Assembly (NCBI GenBank): GCA_041486305.1 | Contig: JBGPLG010000007.1 | Coordinates: 12,801-76,800 of the forward strand | Origin: Gemmatimonadota bacterium | GTDB lineage: Bacteria > Gemmatimonadota > Gemmatimonadetes > Gemmatimonadales > GWC2-71-9 | Length of the DNA: 64,000 nt | Direction: 5' to 3' | Shown here: in pieces, positions 37,219 through 46,726 of the stretch | How the letters are laid out: each line of letters begins with the position of its first letter | Numbering within the stretch: the stretch's first letter is position 1 | Program-made: the position numbers and the translations under genes | Notes under the pieces: model-generated | What the model saw: only the letters and a program-made list of their open reading frames with translations | What the model was told of the DNA's origin: nothing | Database searches by the model: none

Positions 37219-38183
37219 AGGCCCTGGTGACCGGAGCCACCGGCTTCGTCGGCCACCACCTGATCGATGCCCTGCTCCGTCGCGGAGACAGCGTCACCGC
37301 CCTGGTTCGCACCCCCGCCAAGGCAAGCGGGCTCACCGAGCGCGGCGTTCGGCTGGTACCGGGCGACCTGGAGGATGCCACGGCCCTCGGCGACGCGGCT
37401 CGCGATCAGGACGTGGTGTACCACCTGGCGGGACTGGTGGCCGCCCGGAGCGAGGCCGAATTCCTGGCCGTCAACCGCGACGGAACGGCCCGGCTGGTCT
37501 CCGCGGTGGCCGGCGTTTCGAAGGCCCGCATCGTGCTGGTGTCGTCTATGGCGGCGGCCGGGCCGGCGACCCGGGGCAGCCGCCACAGCGGCACTGAGGC
37601 GCCCCGTCCGGTTACCGCCTACGGCCGCAGCAAGCTGGCGGCTGAAGCGGCCGTCAAGGCCGGCCCGCTCCGCTGGACCATCATCCGTCCCCCCGCGGTC
37701 TACGGTCCCTTCGACGCCGAAATGTTCCGCCTCTTCAAGGCCGCAACGCTGGGGGTCGTGCCGCTCTTCGGCGACGGGGCCCAGGAGCTGTCCCTGGTGT
37801 TCGGGCCCGACCTGGCCGGAGCGCTGGTTGCCGCGGGCGCCAGCGAGGCCACCAATGGCGGCGTCTACTATGCCTGCCACGGCGAGATTCTCACCAGCGG
37901 CTCGCTGGTCGCGGAGGTCGGTAACGCCGTCGGCATGAGGCCCCGGCTGGTCCGCCTTCCGCGCTGGTCGGCCTCGATCGCCCTCCGGCTCATTTCCGGC
38001 GCCGCGCGAATCCGGGGGCGGGCCACGCTGCTCACGCCCGACAAGGCGGAGGACTTCTTCGCACCTGCCTGGACCGCCGACCCGGCCCCGCTCGAGGCGG
38101 CCACAGGATGGCGCGCGGAACACAACTTCGAACGCGGCGCCGCCGCCACCGCCGACTGGTACCGCGCCGCAGGCTGGCTGTGA
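37215..38183 (+). CDS. NAD(P)-dependent extended SDR (epimerase/dehydratase family; candidate keto-ceramide/3-ketosphinganine reductase)
   Basis: It starts MKALVTGATGFVGHHL (Rossmann GxxGxxG) and has the catalytic YGRSK (YxxxK). It has an ATGA overlap with the GNAT gene. Confidence 0.85.
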   Translation: MKALVTGATGFVGHHLIDALLRRGDSVTALVRTPAKASGLTERGVRLVPGDLEDATALGDAARDQDVVYHLAGLVAARSEAEFLAVNRDGTARLVSAVAGVSKARIVLVSSMAAAGPATRGSRHSGTEAPRPVTAYGRSKLAAEAAVKAGPLRWTIIRPPAVYGPFDAEMFRLFKAATLGVVPLFGDGAQELSLVFGPDLAGALVAAGASEATNGGVYYACHGEILTSGSLVAEVGNAVGMRPRLVRLPRWSASIALRLISGAARIRGRATLLTPDKAEDFFAPAWTADPAPLEAATGWRAEHNFERGAAATADWYRAAGWL

Positions 38184-39064
38184 CGCTCCGGCCCGTCGAC
38201 CGGGTCGTGCTGGGGTACGTCGCGCTCGCCTCCGCCGTCGCAGTGGCCCGCCTGCCCGGAAACCCCGCGATCGGCTGGGTGCTCCTCGCGAACGGGCTCA
38301 TCGCGGCGCTGGTCTGGCTGATCAACCGGCCGGACCTCGGGCCGGCGGGAGCGGCGCTGGCCGATATCTACCCCCTGTTCGTCCTGCTGGCGCTCTATGG
38401 ATCGCTGGATCTGCTGGCCGGGCATGGCGGCGTCGTCACCCACGACGTCACGGTACAGCGCTGGGAGGCCGCGATCTTCGGGGAACAGGTGAGCCGGGCG
38501 TGGTGGCAGCGCGCGCCGAGCCGGTTCTGGAGCACCGTGATGCACGGCATCTATTTCTCATACTATCTGGTGGTGCCGGCGGGTCCGCTGTATTTCCTGT
38601 GGAAGGGCGACCGCGGGAGCCTCCGACGCACCATCTTCGCCGAGGTGGTGACCTTCGTGTCTTGCTACGCGGTGTTCATGTTCTTCCCCGTGGCCGGGCC
38701 CTACTACGAGTTCGCCCGTCCCGCAGCGTCCTTCCTCGATAACGGCCCCGCCCGCCTGGTGTACGGCCTGCTCTCGGGAGGGAGCGCCTATGGTGCCGCG
38801 TTTCCCTCGTCCCACGTTGCGGGGATGCTCACCGCCGCAGGCGTCTCCGCGATGGGATCGTGGAGGCTGGGGCTGATACTCGGCATCCCTTCGCTGCTGC
38901 TGACGGTGGGGGTGGTCTATACCCAGATGCACTACGGGGTGGACGCACTAGCGGGGGTGCTGGTGGCGGGAGTGGTAATACTGCTGGTCAGCGGGGAGCG
39001 GGGAGTCGGGAGCGGGAATGATGAGGGGGCTCCAGCGGACCGCGGAGCCCCCTCTCACTTCTAG
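38180..39064 (+). CDS. PAP2/LPP-superfamily integral membrane protein lacking the C1 motif (phosphotransferase-like, AUR1/SMS-type)
   Basis: The GTG start overlaps the SDR stop (GTGA). It is polytopic. The C2-like motif is FPSSHVAG and the C3-like motif is YTQMHYGVDALAG (H-Y-x-x-D). I see no KxxxxxxRP C1 motif. Confidence 0.75.
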   Translation: MTLRPVDRVVLGYVALASAVAVARLPGNPAIGWVLLANGLIAALVWLINRPDLGPAGAALADIYPLFVLLALYGSLDLLAGHGGVVTHDVTVQRWEAAIFGEQVSRAWWQRAPSRFWSTVMHGIYFSYYLVVPAGPLYFLWKGDRGSLRRTIFAEVVTFVSCYAVFMFFPVAGPYYEFARPAASFLDNGPARLVYGLLSGGSAYGAAFPSSHVAGMLTAAGVSAMGSWRLGLILGIPSLLLTVGVVYTQMHYGVDALAGVLVAGVVILLVSGERGVGSGNDEGAPADRGAPSHF

Positions 39065-39077
39065 CCGCCCACCGCAG

Positions 39078-39536
39078 TTACGGCGTGACCGTAATCTTCC
39101 CGTGCATGCCCATCGCCATGTGGGGCGTGCAGGTGAACTTGTAGTCACCCGCCGGCGCACCGGCGAAGGACACCGCCAACGTCGCATTCGGATCCACCAG
39201 CAGCGCGCTGCTGAGCGGACCCAGGGCATCCTTGAGCTGTGGATCGATCAGGGCCTGGGCGCCGGCGGGGATGCTGTCCGCGTAGAACGCCACGTTGTGC
39301 GGGCCGCCGCTGACATTGTGGAATACGACCTGGTCGCCGACCTTCACCGAGATTTCGTTCGGGACGAACTTGTACGTGGTACCCTCGAGAACCATGTTGA
39401 CATCATGAGTCGCACCGGCCGGCGCAGGGGCAGGGGCCGCAGCCTGCGTGGTATCGGCCGCCGGAGTCGCACCCTTGTCGCCACCGCACGCGGCCAGCAC
39501 GCATGCCAGCCCAGCCACCACAGAGATGTTCTTCAT
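39078..39536 (-). CDS. Cupredoxin (plastocyanin/pseudoazurin-like blue copper) lipoprotein
   Basis: It starts MKNISVVAGLACVLAACGG (lipobox), followed by an Ala/Pro linker. Type-1 Cu ligands are present: FHNVSGGPHNV (His) and FTCTPHMAMGMHG (Cys-x2-His-x4-Met). Confidence 0.85.
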   Translation of the reverse strand: MKNISVVAGLACVLAACGGDKGATPAADTTQAAAPAPAPAGATHDVNMVLEGTTYKFVPNEISVKVGDQVVFHNVSGGPHNVAFYADSIPAGAQALIDPQLKDALGPLSSALLVDPNATLAVSFAGAPAGDYKFTCTPHMAMGMHGKITVTP

Positions 39537-39615
39537 CGCCTTCCCGCCTCCCGAACCTGGTTGATTGAAATCGGTTGATGCCCATTCGCCGGCGCCGGCC
39601 GCCCGGTCGGAGCCC

Positions 39616-39633
39616 TTGTGAACAAGTTCACAA
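39616..39633. promoter_or_regulatory. Perfect 18-bp palindrome TTGTGAAC-AA-GTTCACAA (contains the CRP-type core TGTGA-N6-TCACA)
   Basis: Read directly from the sequence. It lies in the divergent intergenic region and is centred about 88 nt upstream of the cupredoxin ATG (39536). An AT-rich stretch (TATACATAT) follows. Confidence 0.5.
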
Positions 39634-39826
39634 TATACATATCGCCCCGGCGTAATGCCATCTATCCCCAGCCCCCTGATATCTTTGCCTGATGCCACGC
39701 CCGTCGGGCTCCGCTCCGCCGCCATGCCGCGCAATGGGCGCCCACTGCCGCGGCCTCAGAGTCATCCTGCGGGTTTCCACCCTCGATGATGGACCCAATT
39801 CCGCCGATCAGGAATCCACCTGGCTT

Positions 39827-40468
39827 ATGGGTCACACCGAGCGCATCACCTTTCTCTCGGACCTGTGGGAGGACGACGGCGACCTGTTCGTCGCGGCCGA
39901 GCTCCAGGTCCCGTGCCGCTTCCTCTCGGAAGCGGAGGAGGGACGCCCGGCGCATTGCGGGGCACATGGCTTTGCAGGACGGCCCCCGGCCCCCGGACCA
40001 GAACGGGCGCGGCGCCAGCTCGGCAATGACCGGTTTCGGATCGTCGATGGAGGGCATTTGGTGAGCCGGAGCCTTCCTCCGCCAGCCCCACCACCGCGAT
40101 CACTGCCGATCAAGGAAACCTTAAACCCTTGTGTTACAGCACCTTGCAGGACTGCCGACAATCGGCGAGGCGCCGCCTGTTGCCGGGATCTTCAAATTGA
40201 GGTAATGTGCACGAGCCGAGAGCGTCGGCTGGAGGCCTTGATTCGGACTCGGCGGTCTCCGTTGCTGTGCAAGATCAGCCGGGAGAGTCCGTTCTCCTTG
40301 AGCGCGGAGATGATTTCGGCCTGCGGGTTCTTGGAGGAAGATGGGATCAGTTGTGGGCTCCACGGGCGTACCCGCTCGGACGGGCGCCCCGCCAAGCCCG
40401 ACCTCTGCAGCCAGTGGCCGGAAGGCGGGGAAACAATGCATCCAGGGTGTGTGTTTGCGGTGAAATAA
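39827..40468 (+). CDS. Cysteine-cluster protein (YkgJ/UPF0153-like zinc/iron-chelating domain); start uncertain
   Basis: It contains NPCVTAPC...AACCRDLQIEV and ACGFLEEDGISCGLHG...KPDLCSQWP, resembling the CxxCxxCC...C-x-F-L...C pattern. The frame stays open through a locally lower-GC stretch (about 40080-40330) where non-coding frames would be expected to hit stops. Confidence 0.45.
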   Translation: MGHTERITFLSDLWEDDGDLFVAAELQVPCRFLSEAEEGRPAHCGAHGFAGRPPAPGPERARRQLGNDRFRIVDGGHLVSRSLPPPAPPPRSLPIKETLNPCVTAPCRTADNRRGAACCRDLQIEVMCTSRERRLEALIRTRRSPLLCKISRESPFSLSAEMISACGFLEEDGISCGLHGRTRSDGRPAKPDLCSQWPEGGETMHPGCVFAVK

Positions 40469-40560
40469 TCCGCACTTCGGCCCTGTGCAACTAATAAGAC
40501 TCGCATGCGTCCTATTCCCAACGGGAATGCCGGGCGCCGCGCGAGGGGAGACCGCACCTC

Positions 40561-41070
40561 ATGGATGACTTGGAACGCCTCTACACGACCCACTACGCGG
40601 CCGTTGTACGTTTTCTCTACCGGAAGATCTGGGACGCCGACCGCGCCGAAGACCTGGCGCAGGAAGTGTTCATCCGGGCCATGGCGCATCGGCCCGAAAA
40701 GCCCCGGGCCTGGATCTTTGCGGTAGCCGCCAATCTCGCGCGCGACGAAGCCCGCGCCGCGATTCGGCGGAAGAAGCATCTGACCCTGCTCAAGGACGAT
40801 CCCGTCCCCCTGTCCACGCCGGACCTCTCGGCGGATGAAACCGTCGAACGGGACGAACGGTGGGCCCAGGTCAGCGGCGCCCTGGCCGCACTCACCGAGC
40901 GGGACCGCGATGTGCTGCTGCTGTGGGACGGCGGCCTGAGTTATCCCGAGATCGCGGCCCAGACCGGGCTGGCAGTTGGAGCCGTCGGTACGACGCTTGC
41001 AAGGGCTCGGAAGCGACTGATCGAGGCCTATGACCGAATGGAATACACGGCAGATGCGGCACGTTCCTGA
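40561..41070 (+). CDS. ECF-type RNA polymerase sigma-70 factor
   Basis: 169 aa. Region 2 reads LYTTHYAAVVRFLYRKIWDADRAEDLAQEVFIRA. Region 4 reads LTERDRDVLLLWDGGLSYPEIAAQTGLAVGAVGTTLARARKRL. Confidence 0.9.
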   Translation: MDDLERLYTTHYAAVVRFLYRKIWDADRAEDLAQEVFIRAMAHRPEKPRAWIFAVAANLARDEARAAIRRKKHLTLLKDDPVPLSTPDLSADETVERDERWAQVSGALAALTERDRDVLLLWDGGLSYPEIAAQTGLAVGAVGTTLARARKRLIEAYDRMEYTADAARS

Positions 41071-42076
41071 CGAAGAGCTGCACGCTTACCTGGACCAGGC
41101 GCTGAGTCGGTCCCAGTGCGTCGAAATCGAGACGCATATGGCCGACTGCGTCCGGTGCAGCGATCGTCGGGACGCCAACGCGGCATTGCGGGACCGTACT
41201 ACGGCACTACTGGCTCAGCTCACTCCACGCACCTTGATCATCCCGCCACCGTACGCGTCCCTCGAGGAGCGGCGGATCGGCATGCCGACATTTTCGCGCT
41301 GGCAGCGCGGTGCCCGCCGCGCCACAATCTGGGCGGCGGGAATCGTGGCGGCGATCGGTACCGGGTGGGCGGGACGCAGCTTCCTGGATCCGCATGTGGT
41401 GCGGCCCCCAGCCGAGACTGCCTCGATAACCCCGGCAATCGCGGCCGCCGTACCGCTCGCCACCATCGCCCCCGCCCCACCGCCCCCGGACTTCACGCCG
41501 GCCCCGGAGGAGATCGTGGTGCCGCGGCAGAACGCCAGGGACGTCGGGGTTCGCACCGCGTCGACTCGGCGGGAGGTCGCCGGACCCCAGATCACGCCGG
41601 CTCCGGTGGTGCAATTCATTTCCTCGGCCCTGCCGGCCCGGGTCGACCGCATCCTCGATGAGCCCCCCGTGGCCGGCACCGTCTCCCGGTCACCGTTCGA
41701 GCACATCTGGAGATCGGTCCAGTGGGAAGAGGCGCTTCAGATCGCCGGAAGCGGCCTGCCCTTCATCGAAGGCATGCCGGTGGTCGGAGTGCTCCTGCAG
41801 CCCGGCGGCGCCGGCGAGCGGCCGATGGTGATCGTGGCGCAGCAGGATGCCTCGGGCGAGGTGATTCAGAGCATCGAGGGCCCGGTGGCCAAGGTCACCG
41901 AGCTCCTCGAGCGGCAATCCATGCCCGACGTGCGCTCCAGCTCGCTCACCCGGACGCCGCCCGATTACATCGACGACCACGGCACGGTTCGACGCAACAA
42001 CCGGATGATGGCGGTCACCGGGCGGCTGACGGTCGATTCGCTCAACGCGCTGGCGAAGGTGGCCACGATTCGGTAG
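41054..42076 (+). CDS. Anti-sigma factor (zf-HC2) with a large extracytoplasmic C-terminal domain
   Basis: MRHVPDEELHAYLDQALSRSQCVEIETHMADCVRCSDR carries H-x3-C-x2-C. One TM segment follows (ATIWAAGIVAAIGTGWAG), then about 220 aa of periplasmic sequence. It overlaps the sigma gene's 3' end. The start could instead be 41030. Confidence 0.7.
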   Translation: MRHVPDEELHAYLDQALSRSQCVEIETHMADCVRCSDRRDANAALRDRTTALLAQLTPRTLIIPPPYASLEERRIGMPTFSRWQRGARRATIWAAGIVAAIGTGWAGRSFLDPHVVRPPAETASITPAIAAAVPLATIAPAPPPPDFTPAPEEIVVPRQNARDVGVRTASTRREVAGPQITPAPVVQFISSALPARVDRILDEPPVAGTVSRSPFEHIWRSVQWEEALQIAGSGLPFIEGMPVVGVLLQPGGAGERPMVIVAQQDASGEVIQSIEGPVAKVTELLERQSMPDVRSSSLTRTPPDYIDDHGTVRRNNRMMAVTGRLTVDSLNALAKVATIR

Positions 42077-42102
42077 AAGTCCCCCCGGTCGTGAAACCGA
42101 GC

Positions 42103-42124
42103 GGCCCCGAAGCGATTCGGGGCC
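42103..42124. terminator. Hairpin GGCCCCGAA-gcga-TTCGGGGCC between convergent genes
   Basis: It has a perfect 9-bp GC-rich stem and a 4-nt loop. The tails are only weakly T-rich (GTTGTGCGTT on plus, GGTTT on minus), so it is a possible bidirectional terminator. Confidence 0.45.
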
Positions 42125-42137
42125 GTTGTGCGTTGGG

Positions 42138-42926
42138 CTAGTTCCCTCCCCGCAGCCACAGCAGCACGGCGCAATCGAACCCGGAGATATTGTACTGGGT
42201 GGGGATCTGGGCCGCCGATCGGTACACCTCGATGGCCTCGAGCTGCGAGATGTCGATCGAGTTGATGTCGAAGTCATCGATCATGCGGGTGCCGTCGACC
42301 ACGAACGCGATCTTCGGGATATTGCGAATCGACGCTGCTCCCCGGGGACAGATCACCATGCTGTGGTTGCTCCGCATTCGCCGGTCGGCGCGCTGATCGT
42401 CCCGCACCTTGAGGCCGGCCCGGGTCACCAGGTCGATGCTGAGGGTGAGCCCCGACGCCTCGATGTCCTTCCGGGTGAGGAAATTCCCCCGCGGAACACC
42501 GCTGTGCAGCATCCGGTCCCCGAACCCCGTCATCTTGCCGGAGTAACGCACCCCTTCGGCCTCGACGACGAGGTCGGGCAGCGTGGCCGCCGCGAGCGGG
42601 GCCGGCGCCAGGTTCACGCCGACCCGGGTCGAATCGCCGGCCGCAATGGTCGCGTCGAAGGTCTGGGGAAGGAAGCCGATCCGGCGAACGATGAAGGTCT
42701 CATCCCCGGCGGGAAGCGCAAGCACGAAGATGCCATGGCGGTCGGTCTTGACCAGGCGCTTGGCGCGAAGCGCCACGATCTCCGTTTCCGGCAGCGGCCT
42801 ACCGGCGGTATCGCCGACGATTCCCAGGAGGACACCGGGTCGCTGGGCTCGGACCGCCCCGGCGGTTCCCGGGTGGACGGCCAACACCAGGAGGCCGGCG
42901 GAGGACAGGGATCGGAGCAGAGTCAT
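42138..42926 (-). CDS. Secreted CarboxypepD_reg domain plus TonB plug-like domain protein with no beta-barrel
   Basis: 262 aa with a signal peptide. The CarboxypepD_reg part reads GIVGDTAGRPLPETEIVAL...TDRHGIFVLALPAGDETFIVRRIGFLP. A plug-like part follows (FLTRKDIEASG...IAFVVDGTRM...IDISQLEAIEVYRSAAQIPTQY). It is far too short to form a 22-strand barrel. Confidence 0.7.
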   Translation of the reverse strand: MTLLRSLSSAGLLVLAVHPGTAGAVRAQRPGVLLGIVGDTAGRPLPETEIVALRAKRLVKTDRHGIFVLALPAGDETFIVRRIGFLPQTFDATIAAGDSTRVGVNLAPAPLAAATLPDLVVEAEGVRYSGKMTGFGDRMLHSGVPRGNFLTRKDIEASGLTLSIDLVTRAGLKVRDDQRADRRMRSNHSMVICPRGAASIRNIPKIAFVVDGTRMIDDFDINSIDISQLEAIEVYRSAAQIPTQYNISGFDCAVLLWLRGGN

Positions 42927-43009
42927 GAGGTTTGCTCACCCGTACGGATGCGACGCGGCCCCGGATTCCCCCGGGCCGCCTCGAACGCTCTGACCCGGAC
43001 ACCGGTCCG

Positions 43010-44293
43010 CTAGTACCCGTGCTTCTTTTCCTCCGCCAGCGTGATCCGGGCCAGGCGGGGCGACACCATGGGAAAGGTCCGGGCGAAGATCCCATAGGCC
43101 AGCAGGAAGCAGCCGAGGAAGGCCAGGAGGGGGCCGGCCTCGGGAATTCCGAACACCGGCCCTGCCTCGGTGGTGACCGACGGCGTCACCAGCAGGTAGC
43201 GCTCCAGCCAGAGCGCCGAGAGACTGACCACCGAGAACAGCGAGAGCAGGAAGGGCGACTTCTTGGCCTTCACGAACAGGAACCCCCAGAACGGAATCAG
43301 GAACATCCCGAACAGCACGACGGTGCCGATCGGACGCCAGGGACCCCAGAGCCGCGCGAAGACGAACCCGGTTTCCTCGGGAAGATTGCCGTACCAGATC
43401 ACCAGAAACTGGGCCCACATGAGGTAGGCCCAGAACACCGTGAAGCCGAAGCAGAGCTTGCCGAGGTCGTGCCGCTGCTTCGGGGTGACCAGATCCACGA
43501 TGCCGAGCTGGGCCCGGCCGTAGAACATGAGGAGCGCGAGCAGGGTGTGGGCGCCCAGGAACGACCCCATGAAGTACCAGCCGCCCAGCAGGTTCGAGAA
43601 CCAATGGGGCTGCAGGGCCATGATCCCGTCGAAGGCCACGATGGTAGCCACCAGAGCGTACAACACCACGTACATCGGCGCGAGGCGGTGGATCCGGGCC
43701 TCGTTCCGCACCGCCCCCGCCGGGGAATCGTCGTAGCTCGCGGTCCATTGCTCGTAGAGCGCGCGGCGGCCGTCCTCGACGCTGCCCTTGACCGCGAACA
43801 TATCGGGCAGTACGTCGGCACGCACCAGGAGCCACCCGACGGTGTAGAGCGCGATCAACCCGACCACCACGCGCCCGGCCATGAAGCCGTGGGACAGCCA
43901 GAGGGCCTTCCCCGGAGAGAACGCGTTGATCTGGGACTGCATCTGCCCGTAGATGGCGTCGTAACCCAGGGTGAAGATCAGCACCGCGCCCAGGATGGAC
44001 ACCAGCCCGAAATACACCGTGGCCTCCGAGAAGCGGAGGATGACACCGGACCACTTGGCATTGGCCACCTTGTGCGCGGCCACCAGCGCCAGGCTGCCGA
44101 TGCTGAGCCCGGTGAAGTAGATCCAGTCGGCCTGGAAGGCATGCCAGGCGCGGAGGCGGTTCCCGCCGGTCAACGCGACGACAAAGAGGGCGATGCCCGC
44201 GACGGCGAGGAGCGCGCCGCCGGTGACGAACAGGGTGTACCGCCCGGTGATCGACCGGGCGTGGAGCCGCTGCTCCAGATCCAGGTCGGCCAT
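43010..44293 (-). CDS. actF: Alternative Complex III subunit ActF (NrfD-like polytopic membrane subunit)
   Basis: 427 aa, polytopic, paralogous in character to ActC. It is the last gene of the act operon, and its start is adjacent to the actE stop. Confidence 0.8.
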   Translation of the reverse strand: MADLDLEQRLHARSITGRYTLFVTGGALLAVAGIALFVVALTGGNRLRAWHAFQADWIYFTGLSIGSLALVAAHKVANAKWSGVILRFSEATVYFGLVSILGAVLIFTLGYDAIYGQMQSQINAFSPGKALWLSHGFMAGRVVVGLIALYTVGWLLVRADVLPDMFAVKGSVEDGRRALYEQWTASYDDSPAGAVRNEARIHRLAPMYVVLYALVATIVAFDGIMALQPHWFSNLLGGWYFMGSFLGAHTLLALLMFYGRAQLGIVDLVTPKQRHDLGKLCFGFTVFWAYLMWAQFLVIWYGNLPEETGFVFARLWGPWRPIGTVVLFGMFLIPFWGFLFVKAKKSPFLLSLFSVVSLSALWLERYLLVTPSVTTEAGPVFGIPEAGPLLAFLGCFLLAYGIFARTFPMVSPRLARITLAEEKKHGY

Positions 44294-44866
44294 TTACCTG
44301 GGCCCTCCCGCCGCCGGCCCCACCGCCGCGTCGCGCTGGAGTTTGCGAACGTAGTTCACGATCGCCCAGCGGTCCTCGTGCCGGTAGACCTTGTCGCCAT
44401 AGCGCGGCATGACGCCCCGCCCGTAGCGGATCATGCTGTAGAGGTACCCGTCCGAGTAGGCCCGGGCCTTGTCGGTGAGCAGCGACAGCGCGCCGACCCG
44501 CACCAGGCCGTCTCCCGCACCGGTATTGCCGTGGCAGACGGCGCAATAGGTGTGAAAGAGCGTGTCACCCTGCACCAGGGTCGCCGCCGGATCGGTGGGA
44601 TTCACCAGCTTGTCCGCCAGGGACGGATTGCCGCTCTTGAACACCCCCGAGTCGTTGGGTTCCCCGCCGGTGATCGGGACCGTGCCGGGGACGGTGGTAC
44701 GGGGGACATCGGCCCGCTGGTACGGATGCACGGCGCGGGACTTGATCATGTGGTCGAACCACGGCACCGCCTCCACCAGGACGTCGGGCGATGGCAGCGT
44801 ATTGTAGTACCAGTTGCAGCCCCCCAGCATCAGGGCGGCCGCCGCGGCGAGCAGCCTACGCGCCAT
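44294..44866 (-). CDS. actE: Alternative Complex III subunit ActE (monohaem cytochrome c lipoprotein)
   Basis: It has a lipobox (LMLGGC) and a single haem site (CAVCH) with a distal Met region (GRGVMPRYG). Confidence 0.85.
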   Translation of the reverse strand: MARRLLAAAAALMLGGCNWYYNTLPSPDVLVEAVPWFDHMIKSRAVHPYQRADVPRTTVPGTVPITGGEPNDSGVFKSGNPSLADKLVNPTDPAATLVQGDTLFHTYCAVCHGNTGAGDGLVRVGALSLLTDKARAYSDGYLYSMIRYGRGVMPRYGDKVYRHEDRWAIVNYVRKLQRDAAVGPAAGGPR

Positions 44867-45370
44867 GGACGGTGACCTCCTCCGACCCGGCGTGAGCCAG
44901 CAGCGCCTGCACCGCCGGCGCCTGTTCCGGCGCGCATGGCACGAAGATCCCGATCCGGTCGTCGCTGAACCTGGGGTTGTAGGGCCGCCCCTTGAGCGAC
45001 TTCATCATCGACAGGATGATCATCCCCGCCACGGTGCAGAGGGAGCCGTAGAGCACCGTGAGCTCGAACGCGATCGCCACGTAGGGCACCGGGGTGCCGA
45101 TCGGCTTGCCGCCCACCAGGAGGGGCCAGTCGTAGGACATCCAGATGGTCATGGCGAACCCCGCGGTGCACCCGACCAGTCCGCCGATCAGGGTGAACAG
45201 CCGCACCCAGCTGACCGGGTGGTCCAGCGCGGCGTCGATCTCGTGGTTGGGGGCCGCGGTGTACACCGTGAGGTCGCGGAAACCCTTCGCCTTGAGCCCG
45301 GTGATCGCGTCGACCGCCGCGTCCACCTGGAGGAACGAGGCGAGCACGCCGGGCACCGATTTGGCGGCCA

Positions 45371-45371
<1 letters not shown>
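44856..45371 (-). CDS. actD: Alternative Complex III subunit ActD (DUF3341 membrane protein)
   Basis: MAAKSVPGVLASFLQVDAAVDAITGLKAKGFRDLTVYTAAP, followed by two TM segments. Its ATG shares one nt with the actC stop (TGATG). Confidence 0.85.

Positions 45372-46722
<1,351 letters not shown>

Positions 46723-46726
<4 letters not shown>

Noticed and set aside
39561-39574. FNR-like box TTGAT-tgaa-ATCGG upstream of the cupredoxin gene.
   Set aside because: Only 3 of 5 bases match in the right half-site. It also lies about 25 nt from the start codon, inside the likely 5' UTR. The perfect palindrome at 39616-39633 is the better candidate.
40192-40779. 195-aa minus-strand ORF spanning the Cys-cluster gene's 3' end and the ECF sigma gene's 5' end.
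   Set aside because: It overlaps two plus-strand genes that have clear family motifs. It has no motif of its own, apart from a short protein-like stretch in the low-GC segment.
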